41,791 nt of DNA, taken from Octopus sinensis (taxonomy: Eukaryota). Location of the stretch: the NCBI RefSeq assembly GCF_006345805.1, contig NW_021835205.1, forward strand, positions 1 through 41,791, written 5' to 3'. How positions within the stretch are numbered: position 1 is the first letter of the stretch; every line of letters starts with the position of its first letter. Below, piece by piece: positions 1 to 12,534 of this stretch. The notes beneath the pieces were generated by a model. The model was not told where the DNA came from, made no database searches, and saw only the letters and a program-made list of their open reading frames with translations. The translations under genes were made by a program, and so were the position numbers.

Positions 1-148
1 TGTGTTTAAGACCCCGTATATAGCGGTTCGGCAAAACAGACTGATACAATAATACTAGGCTTACCAAGTACAATTCCTGCGACTCAAAGGCGGTACTCCA
101 ACATCGCCGCAATCAAATGACAGAACAAAACAAATAAAGAATTAAGAG
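1..148 (+). mobile_element. SINE family 1, 3' portion (cut by window edge), diverged
   Basis: Matches the 3' half of full copies at 12166-12534 and 16104-16490 (agcggttcggcaaaa...aaggcggtactccaacat...aaatgac-gaac). Confidence 0.85.
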
Positions 149-224
149 TATGTGTACATAGATATAATATATGTGTGTGTGTGTGTACTATATATATAAC
201 ATATATATGCATACATATATATAT

Positions 225-266
<42 letters not shown>

Positions 267-294
267 TATATATATATATAATATAACATACATC

Positions 295-462
295 CCCGGG
301 CGAAATGTTAGCAGTATTTCGTCTATCTTTACGTTCTGAATTCAAATGCTGCCGCGGTCGACTTTCGGGGTCGATAATTTAAGTACCAGATGCGTTCTGG
401 GGTTGATCTAATCGACTAGTCCTATCATCCAAAATTTCGGGCCTGATGCCTTGATTAGAAAA
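295..462 (+). mobile_element. SINE family 2, 5'-truncated, type II-like tail
   Basis: gcgaaatgttagcagtatttcgtc...gttctgaattcaaat...ggggtcgataatttaagtaccag matches 3656-3886. The tail (gggcctgatgccttgattagaaaag) resembles that of 22521-22736. Confidence 0.85.
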
Positions 463-465
463 GTA

Positions 466-478
466 AATACATACATAC

Positions 479-513
<35 letters not shown>

Positions 514-535
514 TGTATGTATGTATGTATGTATG

Positions 536-592
<57 letters not shown>

Positions 593-630
593 GTCTATCT
601 ACCTATGGATCTATCTATCTCTCTATTCCG

Positions 631-662
<32 letters not shown>

Positions 663-715
663 ATATATAATATATTTGTATCTATATATATATATATTGT
701 ATATATATACAAACA

Positions 716-755
<40 letters not shown>

Positions 756-790
756 GATATATATATATGTATATATATACAACATATATG

Positions 791-829
<39 letters not shown>

Positions 830-1010
830 GAACGATGTAGATCGATAAACGTAAGGATGCATAAATGGCATAAATGTATACGTGTATGAGTGTGTGAGTG
901 TATGAATACATGCAGGCACACACATATACATATATATTACATACATATATATACATATACATATGCATATATATGCATACATGAACAAACGTGCCCGCAT
1001 TCACACATAC
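466..1010. repeat. Compound microsatellite (TACA/TATG/TATC/CT/TA)n
   Basis: Directly visible di- and tetranucleotide arrays; representative of dozens of such tracts across the window. Confidence 0.98.
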
Positions 1011-1590
1011 ATACACAGTCGTTATTAACAGTCCATTGACGCCAATTTATTTTTAGAGATTCTAATAACCGTTCCGTTAAAATCTAATAATCGATCCTCT
1101 ATTGATCTTTTCTGGTCTATTTGTTTAAATAACAAATAAATCAAGTAGCAAATCAGTCAAACAACGGATCAAATACTTTGAGAAACAATTATAAAAAAAG
1201 TCAATCAGTGAAACAGCGTTGTAATGAATCAATGAAGCTTTTGTATAAACAATTAAAAAAAATAGTCGCAAGTGACATTTAGACTACAAATTATAAAATG
1301 AGCCAAACATTTAGACTTTCGGCAGAAACGATCAAACGAGGCGACCAAGGCATTTTACAAGGGCAATCAAACATTCAACGCAAAAAAAAATCAAAGAATA
1401 AGACAAGTAGTTTGTCAAACAATCAAATATTTACCAAAGCATTTAGCAAACAATGAAACATTAAGGCAAATATTTGGTAAAAAGTGGTCGCTTATTTAGT
1501 GAAACCCTTAAAACTCTTTTTATGCGAACTTGCCTGAGACTGTATTTTGTTCTATGATAGAAACATCCTGTTTTAAATAGAGATTAAACC

Positions 1591-1756
1591 TGTTTCAGTC
1601 AATATGCTGCGGCCATGCTGGGGCACCATTTTGAAGAACTTTTAATCGAATGAATCGGCCCCAGTACTTATTGTTTTTAAGCCTGGTACTTATTCTATCG
1701 GACTATTTTACCGAAACGCTACAAGGGATGTAAGTAAAAAAACGCCGGTTTTCAAG
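1591..1756 (-). mobile_element. SINE family 1, 3' fragment, diverged
   Basis: tgtttcagtc...gcggccatgctggggcacc...gtacttattctatcgg is the reverse complement of the family 1 tail. Confidence 0.8.
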
Positions 1757-1848
1757 TTTTTTTGTTGCACACGTTTCGTGACCTCTTGTGTCTACATATG
1801 CATGTATAGATATACGTATAGATGTATGTACATATACGTATGTATATA

Positions 1849-1911
<63 letters not shown>

Positions 1912-2434
1912 ATATATACATACATATATTATATATATATTTCTATATTATTTACTTATATCATTATACGATTGAACGCCACTTGAACTTCCAAGAAGTT
2001 TTATCTTATATATACATACATACATGTATGTATGTATGCAGGTATACATGCATGTATGCAGGTATGCATGCAGACATACATACATATCTATTCCTTAATA
2101 TTTTGATTCACGCAGAGTCAGCCTTCGAACATCTGATGAGATGAACATATCCTACGTACTCATGTAAGCATAAGTCATGTGGAACCGAGTGAAACAGGTA
2201 TTAGATGCATGCAACTCCAACCAGATGCGTTGAGTGCTACTCTATTTCGTTCGTCCACTCACCCATCTCTCTCTCTTCTTATATATACGAAAAGATAGGA
2301 AGACAGAGCGAGACAGAGTAAGACCAAGGTAAAGTAAGAAGACAGACCTATTTCACATTCATAAACACCGTCTGTATTCATTCATACGGACACCAAACAT
2401 TTTTAGATAGAAATATTTTATTTATACACTTCAG

Positions 2435-2507
2435 CGAACAATCTGTTTCTGGCATTAGTAAAACCTAAATTGAAATATATTCTAGAAACTATCAACAAAT
2501 TCCGTCT
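2435..2507 (+). CDS. Candidate internal coding exon A of an unidentified gene (xNNLFLALVKPKLKYILETINKFR-L)
   Basis: Acceptor tttatacacttcAG (2433-34) and donor ctGTATGT (2508). 73 nt, phase 1 in, phase 2 out, open frame; phase-compatible with exon 3315-3391. Confidence 0.6.
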
Positions 2508-2782
2508 GTATGTTTGTGCCATCTCCCCAAGGGTCCATTTAGGCAGACTGCGTGACTAAAAACACATTTTACCCGTCTATTAGGAATTCATACATGTGTA
2601 CCTTTGGAAATGTATAATATTGTAAATACGATTAATATTATTGGTATCTGTTATTTTTTTTTTTTTTTTTTTTGTGGTTTGCAACATGTGAAATCGTCTG
2701 TTGAAACAGACTCTGTTGTATCTAAGGAGGGTCATTCTCTTTTTCTTTATTTTGCATCACTGGTACATATATTTTCGACTGC

Positions 2783-2876
2783 AAAAGGCGAAGTCGACTA
2801 CGGCAGGATTCGAACTCAGGACATCCTGCTAAGTGTTTTGTCCATTATGCCAACGATTCTGCAAACTCGCCGCCTT
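2783..2876 (-). mobile_element. SINE family 2, internally deleted 5' portion
   Basis: Reverse complement begins aaggcggcgagtttgcagaatcgttggc and contains the B-box-like gagttcgaatcc. Confidence 0.8.
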
Positions 2877-3314
2877 GTATCAATAATAAATATACGCATG
2901 GGTTCCCTTTTAGTCCTTAACCAACTAATCGATTACTTAATTGGTTAAATAGTTGACCATCTAACGAATAATAAAGAAGTAAAATAGAACCAGTGCATGT
3001 GTTTATTTACTGGCATAATAACCCACCCGAGATACAACAAAGTTTATTGGTATCATTGTATAAATGTTTGAATCTTTGTTATTTGATTCATTATTCATAG
3101 CTGCATATCAAATTGAAGTTGAACACCGTTTATTATTTTTGATCTGATTTGATCTTTTCGTTGGATCGTTGTTGTGGCTCGTGTTATTTATTCCCAGCAC
3201 ACTCCTCGACCAGCAGATCAGTGATCAAAGACTTTCTTCCAATGACTATTAAAATATTATTTTCTCTTCTTCCTTTTACAAACAAGGCATGCCCCATCCT
3301 TTTAATTTTTGAAG

Positions 3315-3391
3315 ACTAAAGGATGTAATAGGCGAAGCACCAATTACAAGCTTTCTATTTAACTCAGCTGGGGCATACTATTTAATCCTAG
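3315..3391 (+). CDS. Candidate internal coding exon B (LKDVIGEAPITSFLFNSAGAYYLIL-V)
   Basis: Acceptor tttaatttttgaAG (3313-14) and donor ctagGTAAGC (3392). 77 nt, phase 2 in, phase 1 out, open frame; joins exons A and C in frame. Confidence 0.65.
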
Positions 3392-3655
3392 GTAAGCCCT
3401 TGATCTCAATCTTTGAAGATTGAATATAAGCGTCCGTACATGCCCATGCCAGTGGGAAAACGAATCATCGTTAACCTACAAAAATTGATAAATGCTGAAA
3501 TATACGCATTGAAACAGAAATACACTTGTCACTACGTTTCATGGTTCTGGGCGGCTCCTGATTATTTATGAATGCATCAGACATTGCTAGCGACAATAAT
3601 ATGGCATACTTAAAAAACAAATTATATATGTATATATATATATATATATAAATAA

Positions 3656-3881
3656 GGCGGCGAGCTGGCAGGATCGTTAGCACGCCGAGCGAAATGCTTA
3701 GCAGTATTTCGTCTGCCGTTACGTTCTGAGTTCAAATTCCGCCGAGGTCGACTTTGCCTTTCATCCTTTCGGGGTCGATAAATTAAGTACCAGTTACGCA
3801 TTGGGGTCGATGTAATCTACTTAATCCGTTTGTCTGTCTTTGTTTGTCCTCTCTGTGTTTAGCCCCTTGTGGGTAGTAAAG

Positions 3882-3886
<5 letters not shown>
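3656..3886 (+). mobile_element. SINE family 2, full-length, tRNA-derived, type I tail
   Basis: Head ggcggcgagctggcaggatcgtt (A-box-like), B box gagttcaaattcc, core ccgaggtcgactttgcctttcatcctttcggggtcgataaattaagtaccag, 3' end runs into (TA)n. The core resembles Meta/Sauria-type SINE cores as recalled (unverified). Confidence 0.92.
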
Positions 3887-3932
<46 letters not shown>

Positions 3933-4350
3933 GAACATATGGGTGTGTGTATGCCACGTACATATAGGTACGCACGTATGTATGCATACCTAAATACATA
4001 CATACATATATATATTACTAAACATTTTAAACAATGGTATATATATATATATATGTATGTATGTGTGTGTGTGTGTGTATGTGTGTGAGTGCGTGCTATA
4101 ATTATAAACAGGCCAAATTTTATCCATTTCTTCGAAGACCGAAAAAAAACGACGAACAACCTTAATCAATTTTCGGATCTTATTGGGTTCTCATCAGAGG
4201 TGTCTACAGCATTCTGTCAGTGTACAGACAAACAAGCAGCCAAACTGCTTATATACTCAACAAATGCAGTGGTTATTCTATGAAAGGGTCCCTAATTTGC
4301 ATACCGAAACTGTTTAACACTATAAGTACCAGCGGCCTGATAGATGTATG

Positions 4351-4489
<139 letters not shown>

Positions 4490-4568
4490 AAATGTGTATA
4501 TGTATATAAATATATATATATATATATATTTGTATATATATGTATGTGTATATGTGTATATATATATC

Positions 4569-4603
<35 letters not shown>

Positions 4604-5385
4604 ATACACATGCATATATATGTGTCTCTGTGTGTATAGGTATATAGAGAGAGTAAGATAAAGAAAGAGAGAGACGTATAGAAATCTATAAATTTTCTCA
4701 TATACTATAAAGCGCTCATCAACCTGGATTACAGCTCCAAATGCTATTTCTCTAATCCATAGTGATTTAGTAGTTGGAGGCGTGGCATAATAACAAGTTT
4801 TTCTCACAGTAACTAGACCCAAAGAAACAGCACCACTTCACTCCCAGTTTATATCTTGTAGTAATAATAGCGATTAATTAATTAAAAACATATGGCTAAT
4901 TGCCTCTATGTACAAACTTGGTTGCAAAACTAAAGCAGATATGCTAGATCATTTTAGGGGCGTCCTGTGGGACAACCTAGATAGATATTTTTACAGAATA
5001 CAGCAGTATTACTAAGATGCACATTAAACTGCATCCCGTAACACATATCAACTTATAAAAATAAAAGGTTGCATAAGACTGAAATTAGTAAAAGGTGCCG
5101 ATGTACTCAATAGCTCAAATGTATTTAATCCGAGATGCAAGTTTCTTCTTTAGAATATCAACACCATCAAACGAGTAATTTTGCCTGTGTGTATATATTT
5201 GTATCTATATATACATGAACGTTTGCATTTACATACATACAGCCACGCCTGCGCCTATATATATATATTATATATATTATATATATATACATATATGATG
5301 TATGTATGTATAAATTTTCGAAGGGAATGAAAATAAAAAACGTTTACCATGGTATATATTATATACTAATATATAGATTATATAT

Positions 5386-5467
<82 letters not shown>

Positions 5468-5486
5468 AAAATTATCTTGAAATATA

Positions 5487-6175
5487 AAAAATTTATCCAT
5501 AAAATTGCCATTGGTTTCGACCACAGTTTCCAGACCAGTTGGGAATTTCTGCAACTCATCTGGAGAGTCTCCTTGTTTAAGTTGGCGAATGCTACCATCA
5601 TTCTTGCCTGCAGTCTATTTTTGGCGTTGCATGGAGTTTTGTTGAACTCTCGCTCAACTCCGCTCCACGCATAATAATCAAGGGGGTTGCAGGCTGGTAA
5701 GTTAAATGGCTAGATGTTAGGGGTGATGCGGTCGCAGAAATTGTTTGACAGTCATGGCTGAATTCTCCTGTTTGTTGGGCAGGGTGCAGAGTGCTGTTAC
5801 CAGATACAGGGTCTTCAAGCAACCACCCTCTTGGCTCAGAGAAGCACTACATATGATGTAGTCCTCCGTGTCGAGTGTTAGGCCGTATGGGAAGATGGCT
5901 GGAGATATATCGTCACCATCACTAGTGATAACTCCAAATACCATGATGTTGACTGAATGTCTGATTTTTATCACTCTCGATACATGTGCTTAGATTGCAC
6001 TATCCTCAAGTTGACAACCAAACTCTCTGAGGTCTTCATGTTGGAGCTTCAAGGCCGAATGACTTGCAGTGTACTGCATGTCATTTCCAAATTTCTGGCA
6101 GAGTGAATTGCGTCATGGTGGTGTTTTTCTCACAGATGATGCCACAAAACCAAACACAATGCGCATGCATGAGAT
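5487..6175 (-). mobile_element. Tc1/mariner superfamily DD37D (maT-like) transposase remnant, internally deleted, several stops
   Basis: Minus-strand translation: MTQFTLPEIWK* at 6116, then HSVNIMVFGVITSDGD, then W*QHSAPCPT...ITPNI*PFNLPACNPLDYYAWSGVERE. There are exactly 37 residues between the QQD-equivalent position (here H) and the NPLD aspartate. Confidence 0.85.
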
Positions 6176-6286
6176 ACATACACACACACACACACACATA
6201 CACACATATATATATATATGTATGTATATATATATATATATATTATATATGTATATATATATATGTGTGTATATAGATACATATAG

Positions 6287-6338
<52 letters not shown>

Positions 6339-6378
6339 CGCACTCACACACACCACAAACATACATATATAATATATC

Positions 6379-6411
<33 letters not shown>

Positions 6412-6709
6412 ATAGATTGATAGATAGCTTGATTGATAGTTAGGTAGCAAGATAGAGATGTAAAGAGTGAGAGAATAAAGAAAGAGAAAGAGGGAGAGGG
6501 AGAGAGAGAGATTGAGACTTGCACTAAATGCACTTTGTTTTCACATGCCTGTAGACACGCATGGTTGGACGCAGCCGTTGACGAACAAATACACACGCAC
6601 ACACACACACAAACACGCACTCACACATACGCACACACTTACGCACACACATACCCTCACTTCTGCCCATACGTAAGCACACATGGAAATGTTTTTCTTT
6701 ATCCTTCAG

Positions 6710-6828
6710 TGATCAACACTCGTTATTGGCATCAGAGATTGCTAAGCGCCAGAGAGGGAGTCAGGAAACCTACATCGGAGTCCAGGACCGACTCATTGAA
6801 CTCAGCAGTTACATATGAATATGAGTAA
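6710..6828 (+). CDS. Candidate terminal coding exon C (V-INTRYWHQRLLSAREGVRKPTSESRTDSLNSAVTYEYE*)
   Basis: Strong acceptor gtttttctttatccttcAG (6708-09), GC-richer than its flanks, phase 1 in (G|TG = Val with exon B), stop TAA at 6826-6828. Confidence 0.6.
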
Positions 6829-7366
6829 CCATATATATACATATAACAATTGCAGCGTGGAAGGTGTTTGTAAGCCATTTAAGAAACACACAAAAACCGT
6901 TCGATTCACTTCAACATTTACATTTAATTTGTCAAAATATTTTCGTCGCTTTGAGACCGCGACCTGTTCACTGACGCAACACGATGTTTTGAACCCGGAA
7001 TCATATGGATATAAGCAAGCTACTTACCACACAGCCTCTCCTGCACCTATATGTATACTCTTATGTAAGTGTGTCTCCCACCGAGCGATTGAAACACATA
7101 CAAATGGGTGTGGTTCTGTGTATGTATGTGAATTTTTGCCAGAAAATATTTCTTTCCAAAAGTAGTACACGCACTTAGTGCTCTTAGCAGTAGCATTTTT
7201 ATAGTGACACATGTACATCTGATCATATACTTGCACACAAACACACTAGCACATGCATGTACGCAGATGCTCATATTTATACCCACATCTCCTCTCATAT
7301 GATTTTCGTTTCTTTAAATATGTGTATAGTTGTATATGTCTGCATATGTTTGATCATGTCTCTGTG

Positions 7367-8076
7367 TGTCTGCGCATATATTTGTGCAATGGTGTAACAG
7401 GGTGCGAATTATATATATCGTTTAATTTTATAGAGAAATGTACGAAACGTTCGTATTAACGTTCAAATTGTCTGCGCATGTATTTGTACAATGGTGTAAC
7501 CGGGTGCGAATTATATATATCGTTTAATTTTATAGAGAAATGTACGAAACGTTCGTAGTAACGTTCAAATTGTCTGCGCATGTATTTGTACAATGGTGTA
7601 ACCGGGTGCGAATTATATATATCGTTTAATTTTATAGAGAAATGTACGAAACGTTCGTATTAACGTTCAAATTGTCTGCGCATGTATTTGTGCAATGGTG
7701 TAACCGGGTGCGTATATATATCGTTTAATTTTATAGAGAAATGTACGAACGTTCGTATTAACGTTCAATTGTATGTGCATATATTTGTGCAATGGTGTAA
7801 CCGGGTGCGAATTATATATATCATTTAATTTTATAGAGAAATGTACGAAACGTTCGTATTAACGTTCAAATTGTCTGCGCATGTATTTGTGCAATGGTGT
7901 AACCGGGTGCGAATTATATATATCGTTTAATTTTATAGAGAAATGTACGAAACGTTCGTATTAACGTTCAAATTGTCTGTGCATATATTTGTGCAATGGT
8001 GTAACCGGGTGCGAATTATATATATCGTTTAATTTTATAGAGGAATGTACGAAACGTTCGTATTAACGTTCAAATT
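7367..8076. repeat. Tandem minisatellite, about 7 copies of a 102-bp unit
   Basis: The unit-start motif aaattg (aattg at 7767; aaatta at 8072) recurs at 7465, 7567, 7669, 7767, 7868, 7970 and 8072. Units are nearly identical with no variable spacers. Confidence 0.97.
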
Positions 8077-8285
8077 ACGGTTGAGTAATTGCGAATATAT
8101 TCGCGTGAAGCAATTATTATCATATTAACAGACATCCACTTGAATGGTCAGAATATCCGGGAACAGACCAGCTTACACCGACGGTTTGACGCGGTTGCCA
8201 CTGCTAAATAGCATTAGCAACAACAAAACCGTCGAGAAACTCTGAATCTTAAATGTAAGCGATCCTTGCTTGCATCGTTTAATAT

Positions 8286-8675
8286 ACTCTCTTTACTCTT
8301 TTACTCTTTTACTTGTTTCAGTCATTTGACTGCGGCATATCGACCCCGGGACTTATTCTTTGTAAGCCCAGTACTTATTCTATCGGTCTCTTTTGCCGAA
8401 CCGCTAAGTGACGGGAACGTAAACACACCAGCATCGGCTGTCAAGCAATGCTAGGGGGACAAACACAGACACACAAACACACACACACACATACATATAT
8501 ATACATATACATATATACGACAGGCGTCTTTCAGTTTCCGTCTACCAAATCCACTCACAAGGCATTGGTCGGCCCGGGGCTATAGCAGAAGACACTTGCT
8601 CAAGATGCCACGCAGTGGACTGAACCCGGAACAATGTGGTTGGGTAGCAAGCTACTTACCACACAGCCACTCAGC
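8286..8675 (-). mobile_element. SINE family 1, near full-length with a small internal deletion
   Basis: Reverse complement carries the head gtggctgtgtggtaagtagcttgct, B box ggttcagtcc, core, internal (TA/TG)n and tail. Confidence 0.92.
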
Positions 8676-8973
8676 GGAAAAAATCAGTATTAATACAAAA
8701 GGTAATATTTATCCCCACTTAAATGTGAATTGTGTTCCGACAAAACATCCACTGCTAAGTGGGAATAAATATTATCTAATAAATGAGTTATTTTGAAAAT
8801 AACTTCTTTTCTAACGAATCGATAAAACTAAACGCATCGCGTCTAGAAAGGAAGTCATTCAAATATTAGATTTAGGAACGCTATGATATATAAAATTTCA
8901 TCTAAGCTAACATATAGGAGTGTATGTGTATAATATGTGTGTGTATGTGTGTGCGTGTGTGTGTCTGTGTGGA

Positions 8974-9026
<53 letters not shown>

Positions 9027-9195
9027 ATTCTTTATATGTTTCATTTATTTGACTGCGGCTATGCACTCATGCAAATATACAGATATGTATATATATGTAG
9101 ATATATGTGTGTATGTAGTATATATGTATGCCATGCATGTATGTATGTAATGTATCTATGTATGTGTGTATGTATATGTATGTATGTATATATAT

Positions 9196-9233
<38 letters not shown>

Positions 9234-9242
9234 CTGTATGTA

Positions 9243-9285
<43 letters not shown>

Positions 9286-9306
9286 ATATATATACGCACA
9301 TAAATT

Positions 9307-9505
9307 CGCCATATTAGACCGCTGAAGTCAACACGTTTTTTTTTTTCTTTTCATTCCCTTTCTGTTTATTTCGTCTTATTCCTTTCTGTCGAAGAGCATA
9401 GGCTCGAAACGTAAAACACTTTTTCATTTTTTCAGAGCGTCAAATCAATACACCTGCTTGTGGTTCTACACCCTCCTTCGTCTTTTGTTCTTCTATGAAT
9501 TAGTA

Positions 9506-9507
<2 letters not shown>
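9307..9507 (+). mobile_element. Hammerhead-bearing non-autonomous element, subfamily A (HHR motif 9383-9416)
   Basis: ttt-CTGTCGA-a-GAGC-atag-GCTC-GAAAC-GTA-aaa. Begins cgccat like the other A copies; flanked by (TA)n. Confidence 0.7.
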
Positions 9508-9543
<36 letters not shown>

Positions 9544-9563
9544 ATAATAATACTATAATAATA

Positions 9564-9595
<32 letters not shown>

Positions 9596-9654
9596 TAGGG
9601 AGTAAATCCAAATTACAGGGAAAAATTAGATTTAGGATTAAATCTAATTTTATA

Positions 9655-9693
<39 letters not shown>

Positions 9694-10478
9694 TAAATTA
9701 GAGATAAAACCACTATTAGGCAAATCAAACAGTGACCATCATAAACCAATACATAGAAATAAAATTAATTAATAAAATATATAAAATATGAAATTCAAAA
9801 TTTAAAATATTTAAATTAAAGTTAAAATTTTAAAAATTATTTAAATTAATAATTGATACTTATAAATTTTTAAATATATATATATATATATATATTATTA
9901 TTTATTTATTTATTTATTTATTAGTTTTATATATATATATATAATACACAGCTTTATTTTGAGATTGCTAGTGTTAAGAATACTCGCAAATAAAATACAC
10001 ACTAGAGTCGTAGTGCTCCAAGTGAGCTATATTCCACTTCTTAATTTCAACGGAGGCAATACAAGCGGAAACAAGGAACATAATTAAGATCCACACTCGA
10101 AATTAGTCAAATACATACATATATTCATATATTCTTCTACATTTACAAAACGGATGTATAAATTCCAAATATATAAATATAAAACTAGTTAAAAATCGGT
10201 GTTATACATAAAACACAGTGAATTTACATTAAAATGGTTTATCATCCAGAATTTTTAGTTACACCAATGTTTTATCATTTTTAAATGCAAATTCACTGCT
10301 TAATGTATAACACCGATTTTTATCTATTTATATATATTTTTATATTTATATATTTGGAATTCATATATCCGTTTTGTAAATGTGGAAGAATATATGAATA
10401 TATGTATTTGATTTTGGAGTGTGGATCTTTATGTTCCTCTAGTTTTCGCTTGCATTGCCTCCGTTGAAATTAAGAAGT

Positions 10479-10520
<42 letters not shown>

Positions 10521-10530
10521 ACTTTCAAAA

Positions 10531-10736
10531 TGTGACCTCGTGGTGCACCGTTGTCGATTTTTCTCCCACTGTCTTCCCTTCTCTGGATTTTTCCTTCTCC
10601 TATGTTTCCGACGAAGAGCACCGCTCGAAACGTTAAGCCCGCCTGCTTCCCTTCCTTCCTGAGCGTCCAATAATACTATATTTGTTCCACGTCCTCAGGT
10701 TGTTGTGTTTTTTTGTGCTTTCTTGTTTGGATTAAC
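10531..10736 (+). mobile_element. Hammerhead-bearing non-autonomous element, subfamily B (HHR motif 10604-10638)
   Basis: gttt-CCGACGA-a-GAGC-acc-GCTC-GAAAC-GTT-aagc. Colinear with 20418-20622 from tgtgacc to gattaac; flanked by (TA)n. Confidence 0.75.
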
Positions 10737-11603
10737 TTTATATATATATATATGTGTGTGTGTGTGTATAATATATATATATTTATATATATATATATAT
10801 ATATACATATCCAACGTCCCCCTAGAAGATGCAGACGTTTTGGCACGGGACCACCAGCGATGAAGACCACTAGTGAACCTGTTCGGCCCTATGCATGACA
10901 ACGTTTCTGTGAGCCCTAACCTGAAATATCCCCAGCCTCATCAACCAAGAGCATGAAACAAACAAGCAAGCGTATATTTAACAAGCAAAAACATTTTCTT
11001 TAATTAAAAATTATTAATTAGATAAAAAAAAAGACTACTTGAAAGCAGAGATTAACGCCCAATTATATTTATCTGCAACTGTTTTTTATAAGATAGCACA
11101 CGAAAGTAACACTATCAACCGTGGTAAGTGCTGGGTCTTTTTTTTTTTTGATATTGGCTTTTAGGCCGGTTTCTAAAGGATATTCAGTAAATCGATTTAA
11201 TTTCGTGAGAGACGATAATATCGATTATATCGATTGATTTCCGCTTCATATTTCAATCATCGAGAAATAACTTCAGATGTAAATATAGTCTGTCCTTGTT
11301 TTGCTACAAGTGCCAGGAGCGGTTTAATAATTAGTGGAGCATTTTTAGCACTCGTCGTTGTGGTCACACATACAGACATCATTTTGACACTTTCACTACC
11401 GGAATGTTGAAGTCGTTTTTGATGTCAGTTAATGCGAATGAGACAGAAAAAAAAATCATTAATCACATTAGAAACTTGATTACAGGTTAGATTCTTCATA
11501 ACGTTGATGTAATTCTATCAGTGCTAGGTTAAAAAAGAAAAGCTGTTGATTAAATATCAGGTCTGGGAACAGTAGCATTGAAAAATTGTACCATAGTATG
11601 TAT

Positions 11604-11640
<37 letters not shown>

Positions 11641-11762
11641 CAGAGTGTGTGTGTGTGTATGTATCTACATATATATGCATATATATATATATTTATATAA
11701 CATCTATATTTATCCTTGTGTTTCATTAATTCTTCCTCTCTCTCTTTCGTTCTCTCTCTCTC

Positions 11763-11805
<43 letters not shown>

Positions 11806-11822
11806 TGTGTGTGTGTGCTGAG

Positions 11823-12122
11823 GATTATGTCACGTTATCACGTAACTGATAACTCGATTGGCTAGACTATCGAGTGATGTTATATATCACTGGTCACGAT
11901 GGATGCAGTGCTTTTACCTTCGAATTACACCACCCTGCTGGCTAGACGTCCAGACCAACATCCACCTCCACCTCCGCACCCTGATACAAAAAGAGACTGG
12001 AGTAACGAGGAGTGAAGTGTTTTGCTCAAGAACATAATGTGCCGCCTAGTCTGAGAATCAAACCTACAATCTAGGGAACATGAGTGCAAGCAGTCTAACC
12101 ACTACGTCTTGCCCCTTCACAT
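11823..12122 (-). mobile_element. SINE family 3 (distinct tRNA-like head), diverged
   Basis: Reverse complement head gtgaaggggcaagacgtagtggttagactgc...gtttgattctcagact, followed by ttcttgagcaaaacacttcac. The tRNA A/B-box-like layout differs from families 1 and 2. Confidence 0.65.
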
Positions 12123-12165
12123 TTAGGATTATGTTCATGTATAAATTTATTCATTTACATTCATA

Positions 12166-12534
12166 GGCGCAGGAGTAGCTGTGTGGTAAGTAGCTTGCTA
12201 ACCAACCACGTGGTTCCGGGTTCAGTCCCACTGCGTGGCACCTTGGGCAAGTGTCTTCTAATATCGCCTCGGGCCGACCAAAGCCTTGTGAGTGGATTTG
12301 GTAGACGGAAACTGAAAGAAGCCCGTCGTATATATGTATATATATATATGCGTGTGTGTGTTTGTGTGTCTGTATTTGTCCCCCTAGCGATGCTGGTGTG
12401 TTACTTAGCGGACCGATAGAATAAGTACTGGGCTTACAAAAGAATAAGTCCCGGGGTCGAGTTGCTCGATTAAAGGCGGTGCTCCAGCATGGCCGCAGTC
12501 AAATGACTGAAACAATTAAAAGAGAGTAAAAGAG
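12166..12534 (+). mobile_element. SINE family 1, full-length, tRNA-derived, with internal microsatellite
   Basis: ggcgcaggagtagctgtgtggtaag (A box), ggttcagtccc (B box), CORE-like accttgggcaagtgtctt, internal (TA)/(TG)n, tail ending in (gagtaaaa)-type repeats. Confidence 0.93.

Noticed and set aside
2116-2163. Possible 48-nt exon (cgcAG...catGTAAGC) upstream of exon A
   Set aside because: Its only open frame exits in phase 2, incompatible with the phase-1 entry of 2435-2507; unresolved without RNA data.
3656-3745. tRNA genes at A/B-box motifs (here and at 12166, 16104 and other heads)
   Set aside because: They continue directly into SINE cores, and no complete cloverleaf with acceptor stem is evident.
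7367-8076. CRISPR-like appearance of the regular array with internal palindromes
   Set aside because: No unique spacers, whole 102-bp units repeat, no cas genes, and the context is eukaryotic.
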